The position numbers and the translations under genes were made by a program. Shown piece by piece: positions 9,173 to 20,102 of a stretch of 64,000 nucleotides of DNA; position 1 is the stretch's first letter, and the number at the start of each line of letters is the position of its first letter. The notes below the pieces were generated by a model, which saw only the letters and a program-made list of their open reading frames with translations, made no database searches and was not told where the DNA came from. Location: assembly GCA_000092065.1 (NCBI GenBank), contig CP000589.1. One strand, given 5' to 3'. The DNA is from Ostreococcus lucimarinus. Lineage: Eukaryota.

Positions 9173-11362
9173 ATGCGGGCGATGGACGCGTCGAGCGCGC
9201 TGGCGCCGCGGCGACGCGCGATCGGGACGCGCGGCGCCACGCGCGGGGCGAAGACCTCGAGGGCGATCGCGCGGGGGGCGGTGCGCGTCGCCGCGGGCGC
9301 GGTGTCGCAGGAGTACGCGATGGACGAACGAGGCGTGCTGATGCCGACGGGGAAGTACTGCGTGAATCACGCGGAGACGGTGCGAAGGAAGACGCGCACG
9401 GTGCACGTGGGCAACGTGAAGATTGGCTCGGAGCACCCAATCGTGAAGCAGACGATGACGACGAGCGACACGAGAGACGTCGAGAAGACGGTGGCGGAGG
9501 TGATTCGATGCGCCGATGCCGGTGCGGAGATGGTGCGGATCACGGTTCAGGGGATGCAAGAGGCGAAGGCGTGCAAGATCATCAAGGAGACGCTCGTGGC
9601 GAAGGGATACGATACGCCGCTCATCGCGGATATCCACTTCGCGCCGAAGGTGGCGATGATGGTGGCTGAATGCTTCGATAAGATTCGCGTGAACCCCGGT
9701 AACTTTGCGGATGGTCGTAAGACGTTTGAAAACATCCTGTACGAAACGGATGAAGAGTACAACGCCGAACTCGCGGAGATTGAAGAAATCTTCACGCCGC
9801 TCGTGTTGAAGTGCAAGGAGCGAGGCGTGGCGATGCGCATCGGTACGAACCACGGTTCTTTGTCCGCGCGCACGTTGTCGCGCTTTGGTGACACGCCGAT
9901 GGGGATGGTGGAATCTGCGTTCGAATTCGCGCGCATTTGCCGCAAGCACGATTACCACAACTTTGTCTTCTCCATGAAGGCGTCTAACCCTCTCGTCATG
10001 GTGCAAGCGTATCGCCTGTTGTCCCACGAGATGTACAAGCTCGGCTGGGACTACCCGCTTCACCTCGGCGTCACCGAAGCCGGCGAAGGCGAAGACGGTC
10101 GCATGAAGTCTTCCATCGGTATCGGTGCTCTCTTACTTGACGGTCTCGGAGACACCATTCGCGTGTCTCTCACCGAAGCATCCGAGCTCGAAATCGAGCC
10201 GTGCACGCGCTTGGCCAACCTCGGTATGAAGGCGTGCGCCGAAAACATCGGTGTCGAGCAATTCGAGGACTCTGTCCGTGACTTCAAGACCTTCACGCGC
10301 AGAACTGGTGATTTGCCCGAACAAAAGGACTCTGATGCGATTGATTTCCGGAACATTCTCCACCGCGACGGCTCTGTGCTCGCCGCCGTCACCACGGCGC
10401 AACTCGCGTCGGAAGATGGCTTCTACCGCGAATTGGGCGCCAAGCTTGCGGTCGGTATGCCGCTTCGTGATATCGCCACCTGTGATTCCATCTTGCTCAG
10501 CGAAGTTCCCGCCGCGTCCGAAGAGAAGGCGCTCCGATCTATCCGTCGCCTCCAAGAAATCGGCTGCGGCGTTGTCGTGCCGGCTGACCTTCTCCGAGCG
10601 ACGCCGTTGGAGAACGCCATCGCCCTCGTCAGCGCCGACGAAGTCGGTGCTCCGTTGCCGGCCGGTGCCGCGCGAAAGGCTGTCACGTTGAACGGCTTCG
10701 AGACCGTCGAACAACTCAAGGCTGTCGCAGCGTCTGACGCCGTCATGGTGCTCATCAAGACGAAGGATGGCGAGTCTCGTCTCCACTCTTCTCGCCGCAT
10801 CGCCGAAGTGATGGCGCAAGTCGGTGCGAAGATGCCGGTCATTCATCACATGTACATGCCGACCGGCGACAAGTCGGACATCGTCATTCAATCCGGCTCC
10901 CAAGTCGGTGGTTTGCTCGTCGACGGCTTTGGCGACGGCGTGTTGATCCAATACGCCGGCTCCGACAAGGATGTCTCATTGGACTTCCTTCGTACGACCT
11001 CGTTCGGTTTGCTCCAAGGCTCTCGTATGCGTAACACGAAGACGGAGTACGTCTCTTGCCCGTCGTGCGGACGCACCCTCTTCGACTTGCAAGAAGTCAC
11101 GGCGCAAATCCAAGAGAAGACTGGACACTTGCCTGGCGTCGCCATCGCCGTTATGGGTTGCATCGTCAACGGTCCGGGTGAGATGGCGGATGCGGATTTC
11201 GGTTATGTTGGTGGTGCTCCGGGTAAGATTGACTTGTACGTCGGTAAGGAAGTCGTCAAGCGAGGTATCGCGATGGAAACTGCGTGTGATGAACTCATTC
11301 AACTCATCAAGGACAACGACCGCTGGATCGAAAAAGAAGTCGAGGAAGCCGTCGCCGCGTGA
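9173..11362 (+). CDS. ispG: 4-hydroxy-3-methylbut-2-enyl diphosphate synthase IspG/GcpE, plant/plastid type with insertion domain (MEP pathway)
   Basis: TIM-barrel N-domain (VHVGNVKIGSEHPIVKQTMTT, MVRITVQG, IADIHF, IRVNPGNF), long plant-type insertion, and C-terminal 4Fe-4S domain (YVSCPSCGRTLFDL...GVAIAVMGCIVNGPGEMADADFGYVGG). About 730 aa mature length is typical of plant/apicomplexan GcpE. Confidence 0.9.
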   Translation: MRAMDASSALAPRRRAIGTRGATRGAKTSRAIARGAVRVAAGAVSQEYAMDERGVLMPTGKYCVNHAETVRRKTRTVHVGNVKIGSEHPIVKQTMTTSDTRDVEKTVAEVIRCADAGAEMVRITVQGMQEAKACKIIKETLVAKGYDTPLIADIHFAPKVAMMVAECFDKIRVNPGNFADGRKTFENILYETDEEYNAELAEIEEIFTPLVLKCKERGVAMRIGTNHGSLSARTLSRFGDTPMGMVESAFEFARICRKHDYHNFVFSMKASNPLVMVQAYRLLSHEMYKLGWDYPLHLGVTEAGEGEDGRMKSSIGIGALLLDGLGDTIRVSLTEASELEIEPCTRLANLGMKACAENIGVEQFEDSVRDFKTFTRRTGDLPEQKDSDAIDFRNILHRDGSVLAAVTTAQLASEDGFYRELGAKLAVGMPLRDIATCDSILLSEVPAASEEKALRSIRRLQEIGCGVVVPADLLRATPLENAIALVSADEVGAPLPAGAARKAVTLNGFETVEQLKAVAASDAVMVLIKTKDGESRLHSSRRIAEVMAQVGAKMPVIHHMYMPTGDKSDIVIQSGSQVGGLLVDGFGDGVLIQYAGSDKDVSLDFLRTTSFGLLQGSRMRNTKTEYVSCPSCGRTLFDLQEVTAQIQEKTGHLPGVAIAVMGCIVNGPGEMADADFGYVGGAPGKIDLYVGKEVVKRGIAMETACDELIQLIKDNDRWIEKEVEEAVAA

Positions 11363-11528
11363 TGTCGCACTCGTAGCTCGCATGATGTTTAATACTAAGT
11401 CGATTGATTCTTCAGATTCTTTTCTCTAATTCTTTCTGATTTTCTTAGTTACAATACGTGGGACGGGAGTTTAATTGAGCTTCGTCGCTCATTCTTTCGA
11501 AAACGACATGCAATGCACCGCACGCTTA

Positions 11529-12743
11529 TTAAATTTTCTCCAGGGCTTGAGCAATATCCGCTTCGATGTCGACGTAATCCTCAATCCCAGTCGAAAATCG
11601 AACGAGGTTATCCTTAATGCCAATCTCAGCGCGCTTTTCAGGACCCTGATCCCAATAAGAAACGACAGTCGGTTGTTCAATCAGCGACTCCACGCCACCG
11701 AGAGACGGCGCGATGTACGGAAGCTCGCAACTATCGATAAACTTTGCAGTCGCCCAAAGATCACCCTTGACCTCGAAAGATACCACCCCACCGAAACCTT
11801 TCATGTATTTTTTCGCAACTTCGTGGTCGCAGTGGCTCGGTAATCCCGGATAGTGCACTTTGTCAATCTTTGGATGCTTCTCGAGGTATTGAGCCAGTCT
11901 CATCGCGCTGTCGTTGTGGCGCTCGACTCGAAGCGACAAGGTCTTCAAACCTCGAAGAACCAAGTAAGCAGCGTGAGGATCGATGACACCACCCAAAATA
12001 TTATGAAATTGTCTGCACGCGGCGACTGCTTCCTTCTTACCGACGATGACACCGGCGAGAACGTCGTTGTGCCCGCCCATGAATTTCGACGCGCTGTGAA
12101 TCACCAAGTCGGCGCCAAAGTCGAGCGCGCGAGAGTTGCACGGCGTGGCAAAAGTACCATCGATGCACACGAGGCAACCCGTGGGCTTGCACAGGTTCAC
12201 GATTCGTTCGATATCGACGCAACGAAGGTACGGGTTCGTTGGTGATTCGGAAAAGTACAGCGAGCACTTGTTCTCCTTGAGCGCCTTTTCCAAGCCGTCG
12301 TAATCGGACGGATCGAGCACCGTGGACGTGATGCCCATCTTCGGCAAGAAAGTTTGAATGAATTGTCGAGTGCGTCTGTAGCAGTCCGTGGTGGTGACAA
12401 TGTGTCCACCGGCTGGGACGAGCGCGAGCAGCATAGTCGTCGCCGTGCACATGCCGGACGCGCTCAACAGAGCGTCTTCTCCGCCCTCGAGTTGGCGAAT
12501 CTTCTCTTCGCACGCCTTGGTCGTCGGATTCCCGTATCGACCGTACTCAAAGCTCCCATATCGTCCCTCTTGATACGCGATCAACTCTTCCGTGTCCTTG
12601 AAGTGGTACGTCGACGTGCACACGATCGGGGTCGTCAACGAGTCGGATACCCTCGGTCGCCCCTCCTTGCGTTCGCCTGCGTCAAAGTAACAACCGCGAT
12701 CATCACCGTCAGTCCGCGCGTCTCCCCCCTCGCGTCTCCTCAC
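11529..12743 (-). CDS. PLP-dependent Cys/Met-metabolism enzyme (cystathionine gamma-synthase/beta-lyase family)
   Basis: 404 aa with CGS/CBL family motifs: YGRYGNPT, SESPTNP, HSASKFMGGHNDVLAGV (PLP lysine), VESLIEQP, LVRFSTGIED. Confidence 0.8.
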   Translation of the reverse strand: MRRREGGDARTDGDDRGCYFDAGERKEGRPRVSDSLTTPIVCTSTYHFKDTEELIAYQEGRYGSFEYGRYGNPTTKACEEKIRQLEGGEDALLSASGMCTATTMLLALVPAGGHIVTTTDCYRRTRQFIQTFLPKMGITSTVLDPSDYDGLEKALKENKCSLYFSESPTNPYLRCVDIERIVNLCKPTGCLVCIDGTFATPCNSRALDFGADLVIHSASKFMGGHNDVLAGVIVGKKEAVAACRQFHNILGGVIDPHAAYLVLRGLKTLSLRVERHNDSAMRLAQYLEKHPKIDKVHYPGLPSHCDHEVAKKYMKGFGGVVSFEVKGDLWATAKFIDSCELPYIAPSLGGVESLIEQPTVVSYWDQGPEKRAEIGIKDNLVRFSTGIEDYVDIEADIAQALEKI

Positions 12744-13320
12744 TCGCGCATCACATTTTTATGCACCATCGCGCGTCCATCGCGCGTCGCTCCTCGTCGT
12801 TCGACGCACCGTTTTGCACGCACTGCGTCGAGTCGCCCCAAGGTTTCTCGCCGTTCGCCGCGCGCGTCGTCGCGCCTCGTCGTCCCGTCCCTCCTCGGCT
12901 CTTCCGCGTCGTCGCGCTCAGCTTCACCACCGTTCGCGCCTTCGCGCTCATCGCCGCGCTCATCCTACGCTCGAATCCCGTCGTCGTCGTCGTCGTCGTC
13001 AGTCCTCGCTCGGCTCGATCGCGTCGAACCTCTCGCGCCTCGGCTGGCCCTCGCGCGTCGTCGCGTCGTCGCGTCGTCTCGCGCGCCCGCGACGCGTCGG
13101 CGTCGTCCCGCGCGCGTCGCGCGTCGCGCGTCGCGTCGCGTCGCGTCGCTCGACGGACGCACCGCGCGCGTCGTCCCGGACTCGACCTCGATGTGCGGGC
13201 GCGACGCGACGCGGCGGGCGGCCGAGGATCGAGGATCGAGGATAAAAAAAAATCCGCGCGCGACGCGCATAAAGCGCGAACGATTCGCCATGAAGGCCGA
13301 AACGCGTGACGCGCGGTCGA

Positions 13321-13390
13321 TCTCGAACGACCGATCGATCGATCGATCGATCGATCGAACGAACGAACGATCGAACGATCGATCGACGGA
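13321..13390. repeat. Compound microsatellite (CGAT)n/(CGAA)n in intergenic GC-rich spacer
   Basis: cgatcgatcgatcgatcgatcgaacgaacgaacgatcgaacgatcgatcg read directly. Confidence 0.8.
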
Positions 13391-13465
13391 CGAACGATTC
13401 GAGGGCGCGGCGAAGCCGAACGCGCGGCGGTGAGGGTCGAAGGAACTACGGGTCTATGAATGTGA

Positions 13466-14206
13466 TCACACGATGATGCTCTCGCACGTGCAGCAGTCGT
13501 ATCCGGGAACGGTGCACTCGGTCGTCGCGTTGGCGGCGACGTGGGCGCATCGACACGCGTCGGCGCCGCGCGCGCCGGGAACGCACGAGAGGGAGACGCC
13601 GGCGTCGGACGCCGCTCGACACGACGCGTCGCAGTCCGTGGTGCCCGCACCGCAGCTCTGCGCGCACAGGGCGTTGTAAATACCGGCGTGTGCGGGATCG
13701 GTGCACACTCCGGTGTCTAAAGTGGTGACTTCGGGCATGTGGGACGCCGGACACCCGCTCGGCGCTTTCAGCGCGCATCCCTCGTCGCACGAACCGTAGA
13801 CGTACGTGAACGTCTTCCCATCGAATACGCGGTTGTAAAAGATGTCATCGCCCTCCTCGATGACAGAGGTACAAACCTCCATGCCTTCGAGAGCCGATGG
13901 AGTCGCAAATTTCGGACATCGCCCGCCCCCCCTGTGCAAGCAACCGATGTCGGACACCGTCGCCTCGTCGCTCGTGTTGTCGAGCGGGTACAAATAAAAT
14001 CCAAACTGCTCCCCTGCACCGAGCATGACGTCCACTTCAAACGTTCCACACCTTGTTTGCGTCATTTCCTGCGCTTGGGAGAATAAAAAGTCGTTCGACA
14101 TCGACTTTGTCGTCACCCGAGCGCCGACGACGTCCTCCCACGCTCCCGGCGCAAACGTCAACGACCCGAGTTGCGCGCACGCCGTGAGCAACGTCAAGTG
14201 CACCAT
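13466..14206 (-). CDS. Hypothetical secreted cysteine-rich protein (signal peptide MVHLTLLTACAQLGSLTFA; Cys-rich C-terminal half)
   Basis: ORF 13466..14650. An internal ATG at 14206 begins a canonical signal peptide. The C-terminal 150 aa have about 25 Cys (CDEGCALKAPSGCPASH, CAQSCGAGTTDCDASCRAASDAG, CTVPGYDCCTCE). No family recognised. Confidence 0.4.
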   Translation of the reverse strand: MVHLTLLTACAQLGSLTFAPGAWEDVVGARVTTKSMSNDFLFSQAQEMTQTRCGTFEVDVMLGAGEQFGFYLYPLDNTSDEATVSDIGCLHRGGGRCPKFATPSALEGMEVCTSVIEEGDDIFYNRVFDGKTFTYVYGSCDEGCALKAPSGCPASHMPEVTTLDTGVCTDPAHAGIYNALCAQSCGAGTTDCDASCRAASDAGVSLSCVPGARGADACRCAHVAANATTECTVPGYDCCTCESIIV

Positions 14207-14757
14207 CGTCGCCGCCGCGCGTGGTATCATCTCGACATCTTCTCTGTGATTCACCTCTATGTCTCCACTCGACGACATTTGCGATTTCCGCACTAAAGAA
14301 TACTCCTCGCTCGCTCCGTCGTCGTCGCCGCCGCCCGTGACGAACGGGTCGCTCACCACCGCGAACGGCGTCGTCCCGTCTCCGCTCGTCGCCAACGCGG
14401 CCGCGCTCCCGAACGCGCTCATTTTCCCTCGTTCATTCGCGCTCGCGCGTTCGCGCGCGTCGTCTCCAGACATCCAGTCGCGCGCGATCGTTCGTCCAAC
14501 ACCATTCGTCTTCGCCAGCGCGCACGCGCACGCGAGCGTCACGCCCAGCGCGAACGTCGGTCGAAACACCGACGTGGACGCGCGCGCGCGCGACGAGCGG
14601 TGTCGTCGATCCCCGTCGCCGTCGCGCGTCAACAGCGGGGCGTCCTCCATCGCCGTCGTCGTCGCGTCGTCGTCGCGATGTGACGCGCCGCGTCGCCGCC
14701 GCCCGCACTGCGCGACGCGCGCGACGACGACGACGCGCGACGACGACGACGGGGGCG

Positions 14758-14897
14758 ATGCGCGCGATGACGACGACGCGCGGGCGCGGGCGCGCTCGCG
14801 CGGCGAACGCGACGACGACGACGACGACGCGACACCGGCGACGTCACCGCGCGGTGCGGGCGCGAGCGAGCGAGGACGCGAACGAGGCCAGCGAGCG

Positions 14898-14929
<32 letters not shown>

Positions 14930-16131
14930 AAGTGGTCGTCCTCGGCGGCACCGGACGCGTCGGGAGCGCGACGGCGGCGGCGCTGGTGCGAGGCGCGAAC
15001 GGCGGGGTGGAGGTGACGCTCGGCGGACGGTCGAGAGAGCGAGACGCGGAGGCCAAGGCGCGACATCGAGGGTTGGCGAACGCGTCGTTCGTTGAGGTGG
15101 ACGTGTGCGATAAGGCGAGCGTGACGCGAGCGATTCAAGGCGCTGACTTGGTGATCAACACCGCGGGACCGTTTCAGAGACGAAAGAGTTGCGCCGCGCT
15201 CGAGGCGGCGCTGGAGAGCGGGGTCAAGTATTTAGACGTCTGTGACGACGCGTCGTACGGCGCCGAGGCAAAGAAATTGAGCGAAAAGGCGAAAGCCGCG
15301 GGTGTGGCCGCGATCACGTGCGCGGGCATCTATCCCGGGGTGTCAAACCTTATGGCGCGAGACATCGTGGAGTCGATGAAGGCGGAGTTTCGCGCGACTG
15401 AAGAAAACGAAGGCAAAGAACCCGAGGTGGAGTACGTGCTTTACAACTACTTCACTGCGGGGTCGGGTGGGGTCGGGACGACGATTTTAGCCACGAGCTA
15501 TTTGCTCTGTGGCGAAGATGTCGTGTGTTGGGAAGACGGTCAGCGCATCGTCGAGAAACCAGCTTCGCAACGCAAAGTCGTCGATTTCGGCAAGGGCGTG
15601 GGCCGACGCGAGGTGTTCCTGTACAACTTGCCCGAAGTTGCATCGACACGTGAAATTTTCGGTGCGCGCACCGTGAAGGCTCGATTCGGTACGTCGCCAG
15701 GGATTTGGAACGGGGCCATGGTGGCAATAGCGAATTTAGTTCCAAAGTCGCTCTTGGAAAATCAAGACGCAATGAAAGGATTGGCGAACTTCTCCGCCCC
15801 GATCGTGCGCTCGGTGGATGCGATCGTTGGAGAAACTACATCCATCCGCGTGGACGTCAAACTGAAGGACGGCAAGCAGTCTGTGGGTTTGTATACGCAT
15901 CCGCGTTTAAGCGAGTGCGTCGGCACGTGCACGGCGTCTTTTGCAACGGCGATGTTGAATGGTGAATGTGCTCCTGGGGTTTGGTATCCTGAAGAAGTGG
16001 AAGCCATCAGCGATCGGGATGCGTTGTTCGAACGTGCCAAAGAAGGAACGTCGTTGTTTGCTTTGAATCAAGCGCCGTGGATGGTGGAATCAAAGCCAGT
16101 GAATTTGGGTTTCGGATTGTATTGGACGTAG
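14758..16131 (+). CDS. Saccharopine-dehydrogenase-like NAD(P)-binding oxidoreductase
   Basis: Rossmann start KVVVLGGTGRVGSATAAAL, DLVINTAGPF, YLDVCDD, and Sacchrp_dh-like C-terminal region. The N-terminus contains a poly-Thr run encoded by (ACG)n. Confidence 0.6.
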
Positions 16132-16283
16132 CTCGTGATAGGAAGCATGAATGTTATGAAAACGAAAGCGCGCGCCATGATTTCTTTATTTTCTTTATGT
16201 GTGCAGTATTTGCATCGAATTCGCTTGCATAATCGTTTACTAATATCTTTACTAATATTCAAACCGCCGAGCTCTCGAGTCTA

Positions 16284-17330
16284 TTACGCCGCGGACGCCA
16301 TCTTTGCCAGCGCCTTGATGGACGTGCTCACCAACGTGGCCAACTGCATTCCCTCATCCGCTCCTTGTGCCAAAAACCTGTCTACTTCACCGAGTTTGAT
16401 GAAGATCTCCGCCTTGACCTCGTCCGAGCAATCTGCCTCCAGGACGTAGTCAGAGTACTGATCGAGAATTTTGAGTCCTGAAAAACCGTCGCGCAAAATG
16501 TCCTCCATGTGCGCCTGCGCCTCTTCAAACTTGCCTTCACGGCACAGATCATACATCTTTTTGATTTTTTCATCTGGAATGTGCCCCGCCACTTCAACGA
16601 TGCTCGCACCACTAATCTTCCCCGCGAACAAACGCGCTGCGCTTTGCAACAACGTAATCGCCTTGCGCATGTCTCCTCCCGAGTGCTTTGAACACATCGC
16701 GAACACGTCGTCACTCATCTCCAAACCTTCTTGTTCGCCGATGAACTTCAATCGCGCACCCATAGTTTCCTGAGCGAGCGGTGAGAATCTAAACTTTGCG
16801 CATCGACTCGCGATCGGATCGATGATTTTCGTCACGTAGTTGCACAACAGAAAGAACCGAGTGACTTTTGAATACGTCTCCATCATCCTTCGCAGCGCCG
16901 ATTGCGCGTCGCCCGTCATGGCGTCCGCTTCGTCCAAGATTAATATCTTATACGGCGGAGACGGGTATCCCGGCGCGGGCGCACCGACGGCTTGCGAGGC
17001 AAAGGTTTTGATCTTGTTGCGGACCACGCTGATGCCTCTCTCGTCCGACGCGTTCAACTCCTTCACCCTTTGCTTATACAGCTCCGGTCCGTACAACTCC
17101 TTCGCGATCGCCAGCGCGGTGGTGGTTTTCCCAGTTCCCGGCGGTCCGTAGAACAGGCAGTGGGGCATGTTCCCCGTCTTCAGCGCGTTTTCCAGCACCC
17201 CCACGATTTGCTCCTGGCTCGCCACATCCTTGACGACGCGAGGGCGGTATTTCTCCACCCACGGCGCGTGCGCCTCGGCGCGCTGCGGACGCGTCGCTTC
17301 CGCGTCGACCATGGTCGTATCCGCAACCAT
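16284..17330 (-). CDS. Replication factor C small subunit (clamp loader AAA+ ATPase)
   Basis: WVEKYRP, Walker A FYGPPGTGKTTTALAIAKEL, DEAD-like ILILDEADAMT, SRC motif ASRCAKFRF, and C-terminal RFC helical domain. Confidence 0.9.
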   Translation of the reverse strand: MVADTTMVDAEATRPQRAEAHAPWVEKYRPRVVKDVASQEQIVGVLENALKTGNMPHCLFYGPPGTGKTTTALAIAKELYGPELYKQRVKELNASDERGISVVRNKIKTFASQAVGAPAPGYPSPPYKILILDEADAMTGDAQSALRRMMETYSKVTRFFLLCNYVTKIIDPIASRCAKFRFSPLAQETMGARLKFIGEQEGLEMSDDVFAMCSKHSGGDMRKAITLLQSAARLFAGKISGASIVEVAGHIPDEKIKKMYDLCREGKFEEAQAHMEDILRDGFSGLKILDQYSDYVLEADCSDEVKAEIFIKLGEVDRFLAQGADEGMQLATLVSTSIKALAKMASAA

Positions 17331-17635
17331 CGCGTCCGTGCGTCCGTCCGTCCGTCAGTCGTCGGCGTCGTGTGACGCGCGCGCACCCGCGAACGCCCGC
17401 CGCGCATCTCGCGCGCGGCGTCGCGGAATTTGAAATCGCGCCCGCGGCGAGGGCGTTCGGGCGTAGGGTTCGGTGAATGATAAACGATAGAGATAGCGTT
17501 AAGAACGCACTGAATGCGTCGAATGTGGACGTGTTTTGTATTTTCAACGGCGCGACGACGCGCGCGACGCGGTCGGTCGGTCGCTCCGTCGCCGTCTCGC
17601 ACTGCGCGGCGACGGCGACGGCGACGGCGACGGCG

Positions 17636-19012
17636 ATGTCGGACGCCGCGCGCGCGTCGACGCGGACGTCGTCGACATCGCGCCTCGCGCGTCGCGCGGT
17701 GGATCGAAGCGTCCGCGCGAACGACGCGACGACGCGACGGCGACGACGACCGCCGCCGGCGCGCGCTCGAGGCGAAGTGGACACGTGGACAGACGTCACG
17801 CTGCCGCTGAGCGAGGACGCGCGCGAGGCGTTCATGCGAGAGTATTGGCAGAAAAAGCCTCTGCTGATGCGGCAGGCGATACCGAACTTTCGACCGCCGC
17901 TGGATGGGAACGAAATCGCTGGTTTGGCGTGCGAGGAGGACGCGAGCGCGCGCATCTTCGTGCGCGAGGGGGACGACGAGCAGTCGTGGAGGAAGAAGAT
18001 TGGACCGTTCGAAGAAAGTGATTTGACATCCTTACCCGAAGACAAGCCGTGGAGCCTGATCGTTAACGATTTGGACGTGCAGGCGCAACCGTTTGGGGAC
18101 ATGTTGGAACTCTTCAACTGTTTTCCGCGTTGGCGAATTTCTGATATTCAAGCGAGCGTATCACCGGACGGCGGGGGCGTAGGACCGCACTCCGATCACT
18201 TTGATGTATTTCTTCTTCAAGCCGAAGGCGAAAAAGTTTGGGCCGTGGCGGATAACGAGGAGTACTGGCCAGATAATGATGCGGCATTTGTCCCAGAATG
18301 TGAAATTCGCGTGCTCAAAAGCTTTGTCGAGGACGATTCCTTCACGTTGGTTCCGGGTGATATGCTTTACTTGCCCCCCAAAATCGCTCACAACGGCGTG
18401 GCGACGAACTCAAAACCAGGCGTGAGCGTAACGTTGAGTATAGGCTTTCTAGCGCCGACGACGGATGAACTCGTCTTGTCTTACACGCAACGAGCATCTG
18501 AAAAATTGAAGGGCTCGCGTTGGTCCGATCCTTGGCTCAAACCGGTCGAAGACGTCGGTGCAATATCCGCTGAATCTATCACGTATGCATCGGAGATAAT
18601 TAAGCGCACGTATCCGAAGAATGATGCCGAAGTGGCGCGTTGGTTTGGTTGTCACACGACGGCGCGCACCGGCGAGGACGACGACGCGGACGAGAACGAA
18701 GTGAGCATCGAAGAACTATTAGCGGCTTGGGAACACCAAGGTCTAGTCGCGAGAGAAGATTTACGCTTCGCTTTCGTGGAAAAGGTTGCGGATGATAGTT
18801 TGAAGAACGCGCTGTTTTTCGCAAACGGAGAATGTTGGGATGTCGTCAGCCCGGCCGCTGTGAAAACAGCCACCGTCATCGCAAATAGAGGCGAGCTTTA
18901 CGAAGAAGACACGCAGACGGAGGAGTGTGATTTCGATGATGAAGCCTTAAAGCTCGCACTAACGCTATTTGAGCGTGGTTATCTCTATTTCCCCGAGGAT
19001 GAAGACGATTAA
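17636..19012 (+). CDS. Cupin/JmjC-type 2-oxoglutarate oxygenase, RoxA/YcfD-like (ribosomal protein hydroxylase family)
   Basis: N-terminal region follows E. coli YcfD (F.REYWQKKPLLMRQAIPNF..P..GNEIAGLA.EEDASARIF). Includes an HxD...H-type metal-site context (GPHSDHFDVFLLQAEGEKVW...IAHNG). The ORF begins at 17477, and the ATG at 17636 precedes a presequence-like stretch. Confidence 0.65.
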   Translation: MSDAARASTRTSSTSRLARRAVDRSVRANDATTRRRRRPPPARARGEVDTWTDVTLPLSEDAREAFMREYWQKKPLLMRQAIPNFRPPLDGNEIAGLACEEDASARIFVREGDDEQSWRKKIGPFEESDLTSLPEDKPWSLIVNDLDVQAQPFGDMLELFNCFPRWRISDIQASVSPDGGGVGPHSDHFDVFLLQAEGEKVWAVADNEEYWPDNDAAFVPECEIRVLKSFVEDDSFTLVPGDMLYLPPKIAHNGVATNSKPGVSVTLSIGFLAPTTDELVLSYTQRASEKLKGSRWSDPWLKPVEDVGAISAESITYASEIIKRTYPKNDAEVARWFGCHTTARTGEDDDADENEVSIEELLAAWEHQGLVAREDLRFAFVEKVADDSLKNALFFANGECWDVVSPAAVKTATVIANRGELYEEDTQTEECDFDDEALKLALTLFERGYLYFPEDEDD

Positions 19013-19028
19013 TGCTATTCCTAGTGTC

Positions 19029-19743
19029 CTATTGCGCCTCTCGGCTCTTGTCAATCCCCGTTCCCCAAGTACCTCGCGGCGCGTCGCTATATGAAGCTGG
19101 ATCCATTGGATCGAGCGGCTCAGATTCTTTCCTCGCCGGCGCGCGCGCAGCGATAGCTTTCCTTTTCGGTGCACGTTCATGATTCGAGTTGCCCTGCGCG
19201 CCCGACGGACCGATGTCTCGCCGCACGCTCGCCGGTTTGCTCACGGCGGAAGCCTTCGTCTCGACTCGCGCCGTGCCCGTCGCGGTCGATGCTTTCGCTC
19301 GCTGTTGTTTCGTCATGAATGGGTTATCGACGACGTCCAATGAACTCACGCCCGGAGGATACCGACCCAAAATTCGCGAGCAGTGTAAACAGTAACCGTG
19401 CGCCTTCACGAGTCCGCGCCCGAATCCGCCGCACCCCGAGCACCTTCGCATCCCCACCGCCGTCGCACCGTCGCGCGGTCGCTCCCAAGACGTTCTCTGC
19501 GTGTGTGGATTAAAGAAATATTCTCTTCCACTCGCCGGATCCGTCGTCGCTCGCCATCCCGGCGGCAACGGCGTCGCCGCCGGCGGCGGCGGCGGCGGCG
19601 GTCTCGTCTTCTCCGCCTCCACAGGTCGTTCCCACTGCGTCTTATTCAGCGCTTTGTTGTAGTAATACGTCTGTCCGTACGTCGGATCGACTTTCGCTCT
19701 CCACCCTCGCGGCAGCTTCGCGTCGACGTCCGTTCCCGTCCCA

Positions 19744-19774
<31 letters not shown>

Positions 19775-19792
19775 GTCGTCGCTTCGTCGTCG

Positions 19793-19832
<40 letters not shown>

Positions 19833-19892
19833 CGGCACCGCGATCCCTCGCTTCGCCAGTCGCGCCAGCAGCGCTTCCGGGAGCGCGCCCAT
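19029..19892 (-). CDS. PQBP1: Polyglutamine-binding protein 1 homolog (PQBP1), two WW domains
   Basis: N-terminus [11 protein letters not shown] and C-terminus [25 protein letters not shown] match PQBP1 almost exactly. Two WW domains ([31 protein letters not shown]; [31 protein letters not shown]) and acidic DG/ED repeats encoded by (GTCGCC)n/(GTCCTC)n. Confidence 0.8.
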
Positions 19893-20102
19893 CGCGTCGC
19901 GCGGTGCCGACCGGCCGGGACGCCCGACGGGGAGTCAAAACACCCGGTCGCGCGGTCGCGCCGAAACACGAACGCGAAAACGGTCGCGACGCGGCGGGAA
20001 ACGCACGCGACCGACGCGTTCGAACGAGCGAGCGAACGCGCGCACACGCGAGCGCGCGAGCGACCGCGCTCGCGAACGAAAGGCGTCGACGGCGTCGGGT
20101 CG

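Noticed and set aside
8870-10951. ORFs 8870..10063(-), 10133..10951(-) and 9067..9669(+) of several hundred aa
   Set aside because: They are antisense to or frame-shifted against the strongly supported IspG gene, with Arg/His-rich nonsense composition. These are GC-composition artefacts.
12354-13650. ORFs 12354..13433(+), 12751..13650(-) and 12761..13309(+)
   Set aside because: They overlap the 5' end of the CGS-family gene antisense, or lie in a spacer containing (CGAT)n and (CGTCGT)n microsatellites. Ser/Arg/Ala low complexity only.
16068-16283. Small ORFs (16068..16262-, 16135..16449+) in the AT-rich gap between the SDH-like and RFC genes
   Set aside because: The region is the convergent 3' UTR space of the two genes. 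The ORFs are short, AT-rich and featureless.
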